From the NCBI GenBank assembly GCA_025963875.1, contig JAOPZY010000072.1, forward strand, positions 1-33,932: DNA of 33,932 bases. The letters run 5' to 3'. This DNA is from Actinomycetota bacterium (GTDB lineage: Bacteria; Actinomycetota; CADDZG01; JAHWKV01; JAOPZY01). The notes beneath the pieces are model-generated. The model saw only the letters and a program-made list of their open reading frames with translations, searched no databases and had not been told where the DNA came from. Numbering within the stretch: position 1 is the stretch's first letter; each line of letters begins with the position of its first letter. A program made the translations under genes and the position numbers. Below are positions 1 to 9,022 of this stretch, piece by piece.

Positions 1-1283
1 GTGACGGCCCTCCGCCCCGAGCGGGCAAGGCGGCGGCGCAGGGAGATGCCGAGGATCGCCACGAGGTTGAGGGTGGCCATCTGGACCAGCAGGGAGTCAC
101 CGCGGGTGCTGGTCAGCAGGGCATCGCTCGCCAGCAGCAGGAACGTGAGGAACACGGACATGACCACGATGGTCGCCAGGGCTCTGGCGAGGGCCGTCGC
201 CCAGTACCACGTGAGCATCCGCCCAGCCCCCGGCAGCGCCGCAGCCAGTCCGGCGAAGGGCATGAGGGCGATGAGGCCTACCGCCACCAGCTGGGCGAGC
301 ACGACGGAGCCGGCCACGAGGCTCAACGACAGCACGAGGATCCCGGCGGCGATGACGACGAGGACCGCCACACCGAGCCGCTCGGTGGAAGGGTCCCGGT
401 TGAACCGGTAGAGGGCGGTGCAGCCTGGCCGGTTCATGCCGGCCACCAGGGCGTTGCGGTCGCCGCCCGGGCCGGCGGCCAGCACGGCGTCCCGGTGGGC
501 GACGCAGGCATCGGGGACCGGCGTTCCCCATTCCAGGAGCTCGTAGGGCCGCAGCACGAAGGACTCCTGGATCTGGGCCGTCAGCGGCGCCACGGCAGCG
601 TCGAGGCGCGGGACCGCGAAGCTTCCCTGCGGTGCGACGCAAGCGGCGCCGGGATCGGTGAGCGCAACGTTGGAGACCGAGCCCGCGAGCTGGGCGGTCA
701 GCTTGAAGGAGCCGTCGAGGAACCGTTGCGGGCTCGACAGCAGCCATGTACCGAAGATGGCGACGAAGGCCAGCGACAGCACGAACTCGCCCACCCCCCG
801 GCCAAGCCTGCCCCGGAAGATCTGGATGCCCCCGTAGGCAGCCGATACCAGCAGGGCGGAGCCCACCAGGGGCACGAAGAACGCGGCCCGGTACCGTCCG
901 GCGACTGCGGCCATGGGTGCGGCAAGCCGGTCGGCGAAGCCGAAGGAGAAGGCCCAGCCGATGAGCCACATGCCGACCGACACCCCCCAGCGGGCCGTGG
1001 CGAAGGTCATCTCGGTGAGGGTGCCGACCGCCTTCCGCGACACGGCGGTGAAGCCCCCCTCGTCGTAGTCGATGGTGTACGCCGACAGAGGGAAGCGGCC
1101 AGGACCCGCGGCCGTGCCCGGACATGGATTGCCCGGCACCACCTGCTCCATGAGCGAACCGCCGCCCGGCGACGGCCCGGGGGCCTGGGCATGCGCCGGC
1201 GATGCGACGAAGACCATGACCAGGGCTGCGACGGCTGCCAAGCCGACCCTGCCCATCCAGGACCGCATGCCGGGTGCGCTCAT
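1..1283 (-). CDS. Polytopic conjugation-type membrane protein (VirB6/TcpH/ConG-like), partial (runs off left edge)
   Basis: Not in ORF track because it has no stop in the window. ATG at 1283 overlaps the TGA of the ATPase (ATGA). Translation MSAPGMRSWMGRVGLAAVAALVMVFVASPAHAQ...YTIDYDEGG...FVLRPYELLEWG... shows a signal-like N-terminus and many hydrophobic helices; position after virB4 fits this family. Confidence 0.75.
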   Translation of the reverse strand, partial: MSAPGMRSWMGRVGLAAVAALVMVFVASPAHAQAPGPSPGGGSLMEQVVPGNPCPGTAAGPGRFPLSAYTIDYDEGGFTAVSRKAVGTLTEMTFATARWGVSVGMWLIGWAFSFGFADRLAAPMAAVAGRYRAAFFVPLVGSALLVSAAYGGIQIFRGRLGRGVGEFVLSLAFVAIFGTWLLSSPQRFLDGSFKLTAQLAGSVSNVALTDPGAACVAPQGSFAVPRLDAAVAPLTAQIQESFVLRPYELLEWGTPVPDACVAHRDAVLAAGPGGDRNALVAGMNRPGCTALYRFNRDPSTERLGVAVLVVIAAGILVLSLSLVAGSVVLAQLVAVGLIALMPFAGLAAALPGAGRMLTWYWATALARALATIVVMSVFLTFLLLASDALLTSTRGDSLLVQMATLNLVAILGISLRRRLARSGRRAV

Positions 1284-3709
1284 GCCGGCTCGGCCCCTGC
1301 CGGCCGGATCTTCCCGGTCAGCGGGTTGGTGTCGAAGGCGTCGTGCAGCTCACTGGTCATGGCGGGAAGGATGTGGACCCGGCCCACCCGGTCCCGGACG
1401 TCGCGGAACAGGCACGTCCCCTCGGGCGCCGATGCCACGGTGTCGACGGCCCGCTGCGAGGCCTCGATCCCCAGGAAATGCAGCGCTGCCGGGGCTGCGG
1501 CCTTTGCCTGGCGGAAGACGAAGCGGGGGCCGAGGAGGTGTGTCAGGGCATCGTCGCCGAGGTCGTCCGGATGCTGCGACACCAGCCAGATGGCGGCGTT
1601 GTGCTTGCGGCCGTCCCGGATGCCGTCCAACAGCAGGGCGCGGCCCTGGAGGCTCGAGGTCAGGTACCAGGCTTCGTCGAAGAGGGCGGCTGCGAAGCGT
1701 CGTGGGTCGGAGAAGGTGACATGGCGGGCGACCGCCGCCATGAGGTACAGCACCGCCTGGGAGAGGACCTGCTCGGGCGGGAGCCGCCGGGCGAGGTGTT
1801 CCCGCAGGGCGACTTCCCGGTCGGGGAGGCTGAGGCCGGGAGCGTGGAGGACGAGATAGTCGGCGTCGAGCCGGGCGAGGGGGGCCTCCCGGAGCGCGAA
1901 GCGAGCGAGCGGGTGGCGCAGGGCATGGCGAAGCCCCCGGCAGGCGGATTCGGCTGAGGGGTCGTGGGGCGCCGCACGCTCCAGTGCCTCGATCACCGCC
2001 GCGAGACGGCCCCCGGGGCGTGCGGCCTCGGACCGCACTGCCTCCGCAAGGGCCATCCCATCGGCGTCGTTCGGGGCCGCCCCCGTCAGGAGCGTCAGGA
2101 AGGCCGTGGCAACGCCGATGCGGTCGTCGCCGGAGAAGACGCGGAGGGGATCGAGGCACACCGGGGATCCCTCCGTCAACGGGATCACCTCGGAGCGTCC
2201 CGGCACGACACCCGCGAGCCGGACGTACTCACCGGCAGCCGTCCGGTCGAGGACCGCGACCCGGCCCCCACGGGCGAGGGTGGCGTACACGACGCTCTTC
2301 ATGAAGTAGCTCTTGCCGCTGCCGAGCGCGCCGAAGGCCCCCAGCGATCCGGACCGGTTGATGCCCGGCCCGTATGCCGGGTCGAACAGGACGGGCCGGA
2401 ACGTCCCGGCGTCGGTGCAGTACCCGAGCAGCGCCCCCTGCGGGTCGCCCACCGCTGCGGCTGCGAACGGCATGCCCGCCGCCAGGTCCCGGCAGAGAAG
2501 GTGATGGCGGTAGTCGCCTGCCGGAGCCCGGAGGCCGGCCCCGGGCAACATCGCCATGAACAGCCCGGTCTGGCCGCCGATCGGTCGGTGGAGGACGTAG
2601 CCGCCGGCGGCGTACATCGACCGCAGGGCGCCGACCCGCTCCTCGAGTTCCCGGAGGCCCGAAGCTGCGACGGCGAAGATCATCGTCACCTGGAGCTCGG
2701 CGTCGCCGCCATCGCCACTGAGCTGCGACCGCAGGTCGCCCAGCGCCTCCATCGCCTCCGCCAGGCCTGGTGGTGCCCCGGCAGGATCGCCGTCGTACTC
2801 GGCAACCTGGCTCTGCAGCTGACGCGCCTGCCGCCGTGCCGTTGCCTGGGCCACCCGATTGGCCACGGGGCGGATCCGCAGGCACCAGTCGACTGGGAAC
2901 GAGGCGCCGTCGGCAGCGACGAGCCATTCGCCGCCGCCGTCGGGAAAGAGATACTGCCGCGGCATCTCGGACATCGCGAGCAGCGCCTGGTAGGCGACCC
3001 CGTCCTCGGTCTCCACGCGCAGGTAGCGACGGTGGGATGGGCGGTCCGGGTCTCCTGCGAGCCCTCCCTCCTTGAAGACCGCATCCGCGATGGCCGTGAG
3101 ACGGGGCCTTCCCACGACGAGACCGGGGTCGTGGGGAACGACGCCGCCGGCGCCGAGTCCCCGCCGGACCGCCGACGAATAGACCCAGCAGACCTCTGCC
3201 GGTGTCGCCGGCGTCAGGGGAAGGAAGGCCCGGAGGCGCGCGAGCAGCTGCCGGGACTGCTCCTGGCGCCGTGACACATCGCCGCCGGTCACCTTCTGCG
3301 GGGGAAGGCCAAATGCCGGCGTGACCGCAGCCGTGGCCGAGCCCACGAGTGGCAGCACGCCCTGCCTCGACCGGGCGGCGGGCAGCTCGGCGCTGAGGAA
3401 CCAGTGACGCTCGGTCGGGCGCAGCTCGCGTGCCGTACGCGCCGCGAGGTCGGCGAGCCGCTGGCCGGCGGGCCCGGGAGCTGCCATCCGCCGGGACAGT
3501 TCCTCGGCCGCCAGGGGCGTGCAGACCGAGAGCACCATGGCATCGCCGGTGAGGGTCCGGAGCGCGGCGCGGGTCTGCTGGTGGAGCTGCAGTTTCTCGT
3601 GGCGGGGCAGCCAGGGGTACGAGACCGGATCGACGCGGAAGACCGCCCATACCGACGCGTCATGGCCCCAGGCGAGGTTTCCGGCGATGAAGCGGGCCGG
3701 CAGCTTCAC
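1280..3709 (-). CDS. VirB4-like conjugative ATPase (TcpF/ConE/YddE, AAA_10-type)
   Basis: Walker A GALGSGKS, Walker B FDEAW, RDGRKHNA motif, C-terminal CLFRDVRDRVGRV. Start re-assigned to GTG 3709, which overlaps the upstream stop (GTGA); 809 aa. Confidence 0.9.
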   Translation of the reverse strand: MKLPARFIAGNLAWGHDASVWAVFRVDPVSYPWLPRHEKLQLHQQTRAALRTLTGDAMVLSVCTPLAAEELSRRMAAPGPAGQRLADLAARTARELRPTERHWFLSAELPAARSRQGVLPLVGSATAAVTPAFGLPPQKVTGGDVSRRQEQSRQLLARLRAFLPLTPATPAEVCWVYSSAVRRGLGAGGVVPHDPGLVVGRPRLTAIADAVFKEGGLAGDPDRPSHRRYLRVETEDGVAYQALLAMSEMPRQYLFPDGGGEWLVAADGASFPVDWCLRIRPVANRVAQATARRQARQLQSQVAEYDGDPAGAPPGLAEAMEALGDLRSQLSGDGGDAELQVTMIFAVAASGLRELEERVGALRSMYAAGGYVLHRPIGGQTGLFMAMLPGAGLRAPAGDYRHHLLCRDLAAGMPFAAAAVGDPQGALLGYCTDAGTFRPVLFDPAYGPGINRSGSLGAFGALGSGKSYFMKSVVYATLARGGRVAVLDRTAAGEYVRLAGVVPGRSEVIPLTEGSPVCLDPLRVFSGDDRIGVATAFLTLLTGAAPNDADGMALAEAVRSEAARPGGRLAAVIEALERAAPHDPSAESACRGLRHALRHPLARFALREAPLARLDADYLVLHAPGLSLPDREVALREHLARRLPPEQVLSQAVLYLMAAVARHVTFSDPRRFAAALFDEAWYLTSSLQGRALLLDGIRDGRKHNAAIWLVSQHPDDLGDDALTHLLGPRFVFRQAKAAAPAALHFLGIEASQRAVDTVASAPEGTCLFRDVRDRVGRVHILPAMTSELHDAFDTNPLTGKIRPAGAEPA

Positions 3710-4107
3710 CGTGGACCTGCGACAGCGACGTAGATGCGGCAGACGAGCGGGCGAGCGCGGGCTTCCCGCAGCGGCCGGCCCTGGACCCTCCCGAGGGGCG
3801 GCGTCGCAAGGTAGGCGGCCAGGCCGCCGAGTGCTCTCAGCGGTGTCCGGCCCTCGATCCGGAGGTGGCGCGTCGCCCATCCGCACGCACCGGGGACGGC
3901 GATCTCGGTCAGGAGGTTCGCCACCCGAGGGAGGTGCGCCCAGAGGCCACGGGTCTCGACGACCACCAGCAGGCCGATCCCCATCGCAGCGAGCTGGACG
4001 AGGCTGAGCTGTGTGGGCAGGTGCCAGCCGCCGATCTTGCCGATCACCCACGGGTAACGGCGGGCGTGGGTGTACGACCGGCACACAACGCACTCCTCGG
4101 TGCTCAT
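3706..4107 (-). CDS. TcpE-like (VirB3-like) conjugal transfer membrane protein
   Basis: ATG 4107 overlaps upstream TGA. SYTHARRYPWVIGKIGGWHLP, two hydrophobic segments and RIEGR match TcpE-type proteins found just before virB4. Confidence 0.75.
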   Translation of the reverse strand: MSTEECVVCRSYTHARRYPWVIGKIGGWHLPTQLSLVQLAAMGIGLLVVVETRGLWAHLPRVANLLTEIAVPGACGWATRHLRIEGRTPLRALGGLAAYLATPPLGRVQGRPLREARARPLVCRIYVAVAGPR

Positions 4108-4364
4108 CGCCCTGTTCCAGGCCCCGGGACGGCCGGGGCGGTGGTGCCCAGGGAATGCATCTCCTTGCCGATCTGGTCCTGGAACCACTGGATGTTCGCG
4201 GTGCCCCACAGGACCATTCCGGCCAGCAGCATTGCCCCGACGGTGGGGATCAGGGCCTTGGTCTTCCACCAGACGTGTCCGATGAACAGCACGGCCGCCA
4301 CCACGAGACCGCCCTGGATGAGCTGCCGGATCTCCGCCAGCTTGGCGGTCATCCACGGAATCAC
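4104..4364 (-). CDS. Small two-TM protein (TcpD/pilin-like)
   Basis: 86 aa, two hydrophobic helices, between tcpC-like and tcpE-like genes, coupled to the downstream gene. Confidence 0.6.
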   Translation of the reverse strand: MIPWMTAKLAEIRQLIQGGLVVAAVLFIGHVWWKTKALIPTVGAMLLAGMVLWGTANIQWFQDQIGKEMHSLGTTAPAVPGPGTGR

Positions 4365-4368
4365 CGCT

Positions 4369-5298
4369 TCACCTGCCGAGGGGTGCGGCCGGCAGCAGGG
4401 CGGTCACGACCCAGCCACCGGAGCGCTCGGCCATCTGTAATGAGTAGTCCAGAATCGCCTTGAGCCCGCCGGCGTCGGTGCCGGCAACTTCCGCCCGCAC
4501 CGTCCGCACGCCGGCGTGGTCCGATGGGCCCTCGGCAATCCCGATCAATGCCACCGACGTGAAGGGCGGCGGTGTCACTGGGGTCAGGCCCGGGCCAGGA
4601 TCGCCCTGGCCCGCAAGGTAGGCGTCAAGGAAGTGCCGCACCGCAGTCGCAGGCGCGTCGCCGGATGGCGCCGACAGGTGACCGAGCCCGACCGGCGGCA
4701 GTGAGGTGGGTGTGGGGGCCGGGACCTCGGACGGGAGCGAGGTGGCGACCAGGGGCCCGGAGGCCGACATCACCCCGACCCGGTAGTAATGGGTCCCGGC
4801 CCGCACGTACCCACCCTGGGCGGCCACGAGCACCTCGGCGCCGACCGTGACCGCCCAGTAGCCCGGGGCGGACTCGGAACTGGCCACGGCGGCGGTGCGG
4901 GCTGCGTAGCGGCCGGAGGGGGTCACGTCGTGGAGGTCCACCGCCTCGGGGTAGTAGGGCCGCAGGGTCTGCTCCTGACCTGCGCCCGCCTCCAGGTAGG
5001 CGGCGACGTACATCTCCGCAAACCCGGCGATGCCGGCGGGCGCGACCGTGGGGGCCACTTTCGAGGCCGGAGCGGCGGCGTGGGAGCCTCCCCAGACCAT
5101 CGCCCGCAGGCCCCCGGCCCCCGCCAGCGCGATGAGGATCCAGAGGCCAGCGGTGGCCGCCTTCACCTTCCAGGCCCTGAGGGCGTCGGCGAGGTCGCCG
5201 CGCCCCTCGTCGATCACGACGTGAGATGCCGGCGGGTTGCTGCTGGGCCGGAGGGTGGCATCGAGCACAGGGGACGGCAGGACAGGCGCGGCTCGCAC
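4369..5298 (-). CDS. TcpC-like (VirB8-like) conjugal transfer protein
   Basis: N-terminal TM helix, GFAEMYVAAYL, YWAVTV and VRHFLDAYL motifs of the two-domain TcpC fold; AAGGAG RBS (5308-5313) before the GTG. Confidence 0.8.
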   Translation of the reverse strand: MRAAPVLPSPVLDATLRPSSNPPASHVVIDEGRGDLADALRAWKVKAATAGLWILIALAGAGGLRAMVWGGSHAAAPASKVAPTVAPAGIAGFAEMYVAAYLEAGAGQEQTLRPYYPEAVDLHDVTPSGRYAARTAAVASSESAPGYWAVTVGAEVLVAAQGGYVRAGTHYYRVGVMSASGPLVATSLPSEVPAPTPTSLPPVGLGHLSAPSGDAPATAVRHFLDAYLAGQGDPGPGLTPVTPPPFTSVALIGIAEGPSDHAGVRTVRAEVAGTDAGGLKAILDYSLQMAERSGGWVVTALLPAAPLGR

Positions 5299-5353
5299 GG
5301 GCGGAGACTCCTTGGGTTTGGTGGTGCAGCGGTTGGGATGGGGGTTGGGCGGC

Positions 5354-6091
5354 TCAGGGTGCGGGAGGCAGGGCGACGGTCTCGCCGGGGAAGATCAGGT
5401 CGGGGTTGCCGGAGCGGAGGCTCGCGCGGTTCTCCTGGACGAGTTCTCTCCAGTAGGGAGCGATCTGGCCGTTGGACCGGGTGACCCCCGTGTCCGCCAG
5501 GTGGCCGGCGGCGATGGTCCAGAGGTTGTCTCCCCAGTGGACGGTGTGGCGATCCGGTGGGGCCGGCGAAACCACACTTGGAATCGGTAGCGGGAGTGGC
5601 TCGGGTGAGGGCACGGGTTGGGTTCCCGCAGGCAGCAGGACTCCAGGCTCTCCGCCCACGACGGCCACCACCGGAACGGGAGCCGGGGGAGCGCCACCGG
5701 CGAAGGCAGCCGTGCTTCCTGCCAGCGAGGCAATGACGGACAGCGCCAGGGCACGGTCGACCAGGCGCCGCACGGCCCGTGGCGTGGTCCATTCCAGCGC
5801 CCTGACGAGGGCGGGGATCCGGGCGAGCCGTGCCGCGAGGTACAGGGCCGTGGTTGCGGCCAGCCACCAGGCGCCGCCGGTGGCGACGAGGCGCAGGACC
5901 GCCACGACTGCGTCCTGCGGAGGCGTCGATGCGAGCCACAGGTGCCACGCCGACAGGTCGGCCCCGGGCGTCCTCAGGTAGGTAAGCGACGCCAATCGGG
6001 AAAGGGCCTGGAGAGCACCCACCTCCACGGCGACGAGCGCAAGAAGACGCCAGAAAGGGCGGGAATGTGGTGACTTCGCATCGGAACGCAT
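5354..6091 (-). CDS. Membrane-anchored LysM peptidoglycan-binding protein
   Basis: C-terminal HTVHWGDNLWTIA...NPDLIFPGETVALP LysM motif, N-terminal hydrophobic helices, Pro-rich linker; ATG 6091 lies just downstream of the promoter. Confidence 0.85.
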   Translation of the reverse strand: MRSDAKSPHSRPFWRLLALVAVEVGALQALSRLASLTYLRTPGADLSAWHLWLASTPPQDAVVAVLRLVATGGAWWLAATTALYLAARLARIPALVRALEWTTPRAVRRLVDRALALSVIASLAGSTAAFAGGAPPAPVPVVAVVGGEPGVLLPAGTQPVPSPEPLPLPIPSVVSPAPPDRHTVHWGDNLWTIAAGHLADTGVTRSNGQIAPYWRELVQENRASLRSGNPDLIFPGETVALPPAP

Positions 6092-6101
6092 GACAGGGCG
6101 T

Positions 6102-6130
6102 AGATTAGCGAGGTGATCGCCGCCTGTCAA
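6102..6130 (-). promoter_or_regulatory. Consensus sigma70/SigA promoter for the LysM-tcp operon
   Basis: Minus strand TTGACA (6130-6125), 17-nt spacer, TAATCT (6107-6102). Confidence 0.8.
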
Positions 6131-6167
6131 TACGTAGATGTGCGTTCTTGCGTGTACTGCAGGTGGG

Positions 6168-7058
6168 CTATGAGCTGTCGGGGTTCCCGACCTCCTCGGA
6201 TACCGGTTCGCCGGCGTGCGTGGCCTTCGGTCCCTCGGCCCCCGGAGCGCCCCGGTACCGCACGATCAGGTAGGCGCAGATCGAGACGACGAAGATGCTC
6301 GTGATCTGGCTGCCCGTCAGGCCGAGGACCCAGCGTTTGTCCACCCGAAGGAAGTCGGTCACGATCCGTCCCGCGGTGTAGAGACCGGCCCACGTCAGGA
6401 ACAACAGGCCCTTGCGATGCGGCCTGCGCTCGAGCAGCAGCAGGATCCCGAAGATGCACAGCGACCAGATGGCGTCGTACAGCGCGGTCTGGTGGACCTG
6501 GATGCCGGGCAGGATGCAGCCCGACGACGTCGGATAGACATGGTGGCCCGCGGGTGTGAGGCAGGGGGGTGGCGAGATCAGCGTCCCGCCCCTGTAGACC
6601 CAGCCGAGAAAGAAGTGGGTGGGCTTGCCGAGGTGGTCGCCGATCACGAGGTCCCCGGACCGCCCCAGGGCGATGCCGAGCGCTAGACCGGGAGCACCGA
6701 GGTCGGCGAACTCCCAGAAGTCCAGGTGGTGCCGGCGGAAGTAGTAGGCGGCGAAGATGACGCCCCCGATCAGGCCCCCGATGAGGGAGATGCCGCCCTT
6801 CCAGATCTGCAGCCATTGGACCGGGGAGCTGTACGAGTCGAGATGGCCGATGACGTAGGCGACCCGGGCGCCGATGATGGCGCCGACGACCCCCCAGGCC
6901 GCCGTGTTCCAGGCATGGTTCTCGTCGAATCCCCGTGCCCGAGCCCGCCGCGCCATGAGCCACGCACCGACGAAACAGCCGAACGCGATGCCGACCCCGT
7001 GCGGAGAGAATTGCACGGGGCCGATGCCGATTCTGGGGATGACCTTCCAGCCGATCAT
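6168..7058 (-). CDS. lgt: Prolipoprotein diacylglyceryl transferase
   Basis: GARVAYV, IWKGGISLIGG, GRSGDL, HQTALYD, YTAGRIVTDFLR motifs; start taken at ATG 7058 (MIGWKVIP). Confidence 0.9.
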   Translation of the reverse strand: MIGWKVIPRIGIGPVQFSPHGVGIAFGCFVGAWLMARRARARGFDENHAWNTAAWGVVGAIIGARVAYVIGHLDSYSSPVQWLQIWKGGISLIGGLIGGVIFAAYYFRRHHLDFWEFADLGAPGLALGIALGRSGDLVIGDHLGKPTHFFLGWVYRGGTLISPPPCLTPAGHHVYPTSSGCILPGIQVHQTALYDAIWSLCIFGILLLLERRPHRKGLLFLTWAGLYTAGRIVTDFLRVDKRWVLGLTGSQITSIFVVSICAYLIVRYRGAPGAEGPKATHAGEPVSEEVGNPDSS

Positions 7059-7189
7059 GTCGCTCGACGCCCATCCTAAGGCGGGATCGCGGAGCCGGCC
7101 GCCAATCCGCTGACTTTGGCCCTCGGCGCGGGCAGGCGATGAGTACAATGCGGGCGGGAAGGTTGGACTCGGCTGGGAGGGAATGACGG

Positions 7190-7492
7190 ATGACCTATGT
7201 GATCTGCGAGCCGTGCATCGGAGTGAAGGACCGAGCCTGCGTTGATGAGTGCCCGGTCGATTGCATCTACGAGGGTGAAGAGATGCTGTTCATCCACCCC
7301 GAAGAGTGCGTGGATTGCGATGCGTGCCTCCCTGCCTGCCCCGTCGATGCCATCTACCCGGGCGACAACGTTCCTGCGGAGTGGAAGAACTTCATCGAGG
7401 TCAACAAGGCCTTCTTCGTCGATCACCCCGACGCATCGGGCGGTGCCTCGGAGAGTCCCTTCGCACCAAGCGAGGAGCGTGGCAGCGAGTAG
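7190..7492 (+). CDS. fdxA: 7Fe-type ferredoxin
   Basis: MTYVICEPC...[11 protein letters not shown]...[31 protein letters not shown] -10 at 7144-7149. Confidence 0.92.
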   Translation: MTYVICEPCIGVKDRACVDECPVDCIYEGEEMLFIHPEECVDCDACLPACPVDAIYPGDNVPAEWKNFIEVNKAFFVDHPDASGGASESPFAPSEERGSE

Positions 7493-7745
7493 CGGTATCG
7501 AGCAGCACCTGGGCGAGAAGCTCTCGATCCTGTTCCGGATCGAGGGCGATCCGGAGCATCCCCACAGCGAGGTCGTCGGCCTGCTGCAGCGCGTCACGGT
7601 GGACGAGGCGGGGGCCAGGAGGCTGGCCGTCTGCCGGCGGGACGGTTCCGTCGTCGAGGTAGCCGAGGCCGACGTCGTCCGCCTGAAGTTCATCCCGATC
7701 CGAGGCGGCCCTTTCCGGACGCCGGCGTCGTGGGGGAGCGACTGA
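7479..7745 (+). CDS. Small hypothetical protein (beta-rich, SH3-like)
   Basis: Only the 3' part of ORF 7242..7745 looks coding ([10 protein letters not shown]...[15 protein letters not shown]); resembles small domains I recall downstream of actinobacterial fdxA. Start uncertain. Confidence 0.55.
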   Translation: MAASSGIEQHLGEKLSILFRIEGDPEHPHSEVVGLLQRVTVDEAGARRLAVCRRDGSVVEVAEADVVRLKFIPIRGGPFRTPASWGSD

Positions 7746-7835
7746 GAGGCATCCCTCGGACGTTAATTCCCGCTGAGGCTCATCCGAGGGGTTTTCAGCC
7801 CCATCAGCGGCGCAGGTTTCTGCGAAAATGGTTTC

Positions 7836-8180
7836 GTGGCCAGGTTCGGTAAGCCCAAGCGTGATGAGCTCGAGAAGCTCAAGGAATTCGCAGCCAAGCA
7901 CCAGGGGGTGGAGGGCTATCTCGAGCCGCGGACTGCCACCTTCGACCAGTCGCTCCTCCTTGTCGCCCGGGGCGGGGAGTGGCAGCGGGTCCCCGTAGCG
8001 GACCGCAAGCGGGCGGAGAGCTTCTGCAAGAAGCTCGGGATCCCCTTCTACGACGCCGGCATCGTCGGGTACCCGGAGCGTATGCGGGGCCGGAGCAAGG
8101 CGAAGCCGGCTCCCGAGGCCCCCACGCCCGCCGAGCTCGAGGCCTGGTTCCACTCCGAGGCCGCTCCCGAGGGCGACTGA
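7836..8180 (+). CDS. Conserved actinobacterial hypothetical protein
   Basis: GVEGYLEPRT...LLVARGGEWQR...LGIPFYDAGIVGYPERMR pattern; good codon usage. Confidence 0.75.
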   Translation: MARFGKPKRDELEKLKEFAAKHQGVEGYLEPRTATFDQSLLLVARGGEWQRVPVADRKRAESFCKKLGIPFYDAGIVGYPERMRGRSKAKPAPEAPTPAELEAWFHSEAAPEGD

Positions 8181-8186
8181 AGCTCG

Positions 8187-8945
8187 CTACAGCTCGACCA
8201 GCAGGCCTGCCGCCGAGGTGGCGACGAGAACGGCGTTCTGCTCCGCCACCGCCACCGCTCCGTCTGCCAGCGACTCGGTCTCGGCCCGGTTGAGGATCAC
8301 GCCCGACACCGCCCCGGCCCGAAGCCCCATCGTGGAAGCCATCACGAACAGCGTCGCCGCCTCCATCTCGTAGTTGAGGACGCCCAGGGCACGCCACATC
8401 GCGAGGGATCCGTCGAGCCCGGGGAGCACGTAGCCCCGGTAGGTGTCACGCCGTTCCTGGCCGGGATAGAAGGTGTCGCTGGAGGCGGTGATGCCGAGGT
8501 GGAACCGGATGTCGTTGGCCGCCGCCCCCTCGATGAGGGCGCCGGCCACCCCGAAATCGGCCACCGCCGGGTACTCGGGCGGAGCGAAGTGCCGCGAGGC
8601 GCCGTCGAGGCGCACCGCCCCCGTGGAGATGACGACGTCGCCGGGGGCGATGCCGCGCTGGATGGCCCCCGTCGTGCCGACCCGGACGAAGGTGCGGACA
8701 CCGAGCTGGGCCAGCTCCTCGACGGCGATGGACAGCGACGGCCCGCCGATGCCGGTCGACGTCACGACCACGGGCCTGCCGGAGGTCCGGGCGCGCCAGG
8801 TGGTGAACTCCCGTTCGGAGGCCAGGGCGGTCGGATCGTCGAGTGTGGCGGCGATCAGGTCCACCCGTCCCGGGTCGCCGGGGAGCAGGGCGAGCGTCGC
8901 TCCCTCGAGCTGGCCGGCGTCGATGCCGAGGTGGTTCACGGCCAT
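8187..8945 (-). CDS. udp: Uridine phosphorylase
   Basis: LLPGDPGRV, STGIGGPS, RVGTTGAIQ, SSDTFYPGQER, NYEMEAA motifs; apparently leaderless (TAGACT-6 nt-ATG). Confidence 0.92.
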   Translation of the reverse strand: MAVNHLGIDAGQLEGATLALLPGDPGRVDLIAATLDDPTALASEREFTTWRARTSGRPVVVTSTGIGGPSLSIAVEELAQLGVRTFVRVGTTGAIQRGIAPGDVVISTGAVRLDGASRHFAPPEYPAVADFGVAGALIEGAAANDIRFHLGITASSDTFYPGQERRDTYRGYVLPGLDGSLAMWRALGVLNYEMEAATLFVMASTMGLRAGAVSGVILNRAETESLADGAVAVAEQNAVLVATSAAGLLVEL

Positions 8946-9022
8946 GGGCCGAGTCTACGGCCACGGCGGCACCGACGGCCCAGCCAGGCCCCCCGATGAA
9001 GGCCCCCAGTGGAGGCCAAGCG

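Noticed and set aside
3710..4093. N-terminal extension of the VirB4-like ORF
   Set aside because: Overlaps the tcpE-like gene; the coupled GTG at 3709 is the better start.
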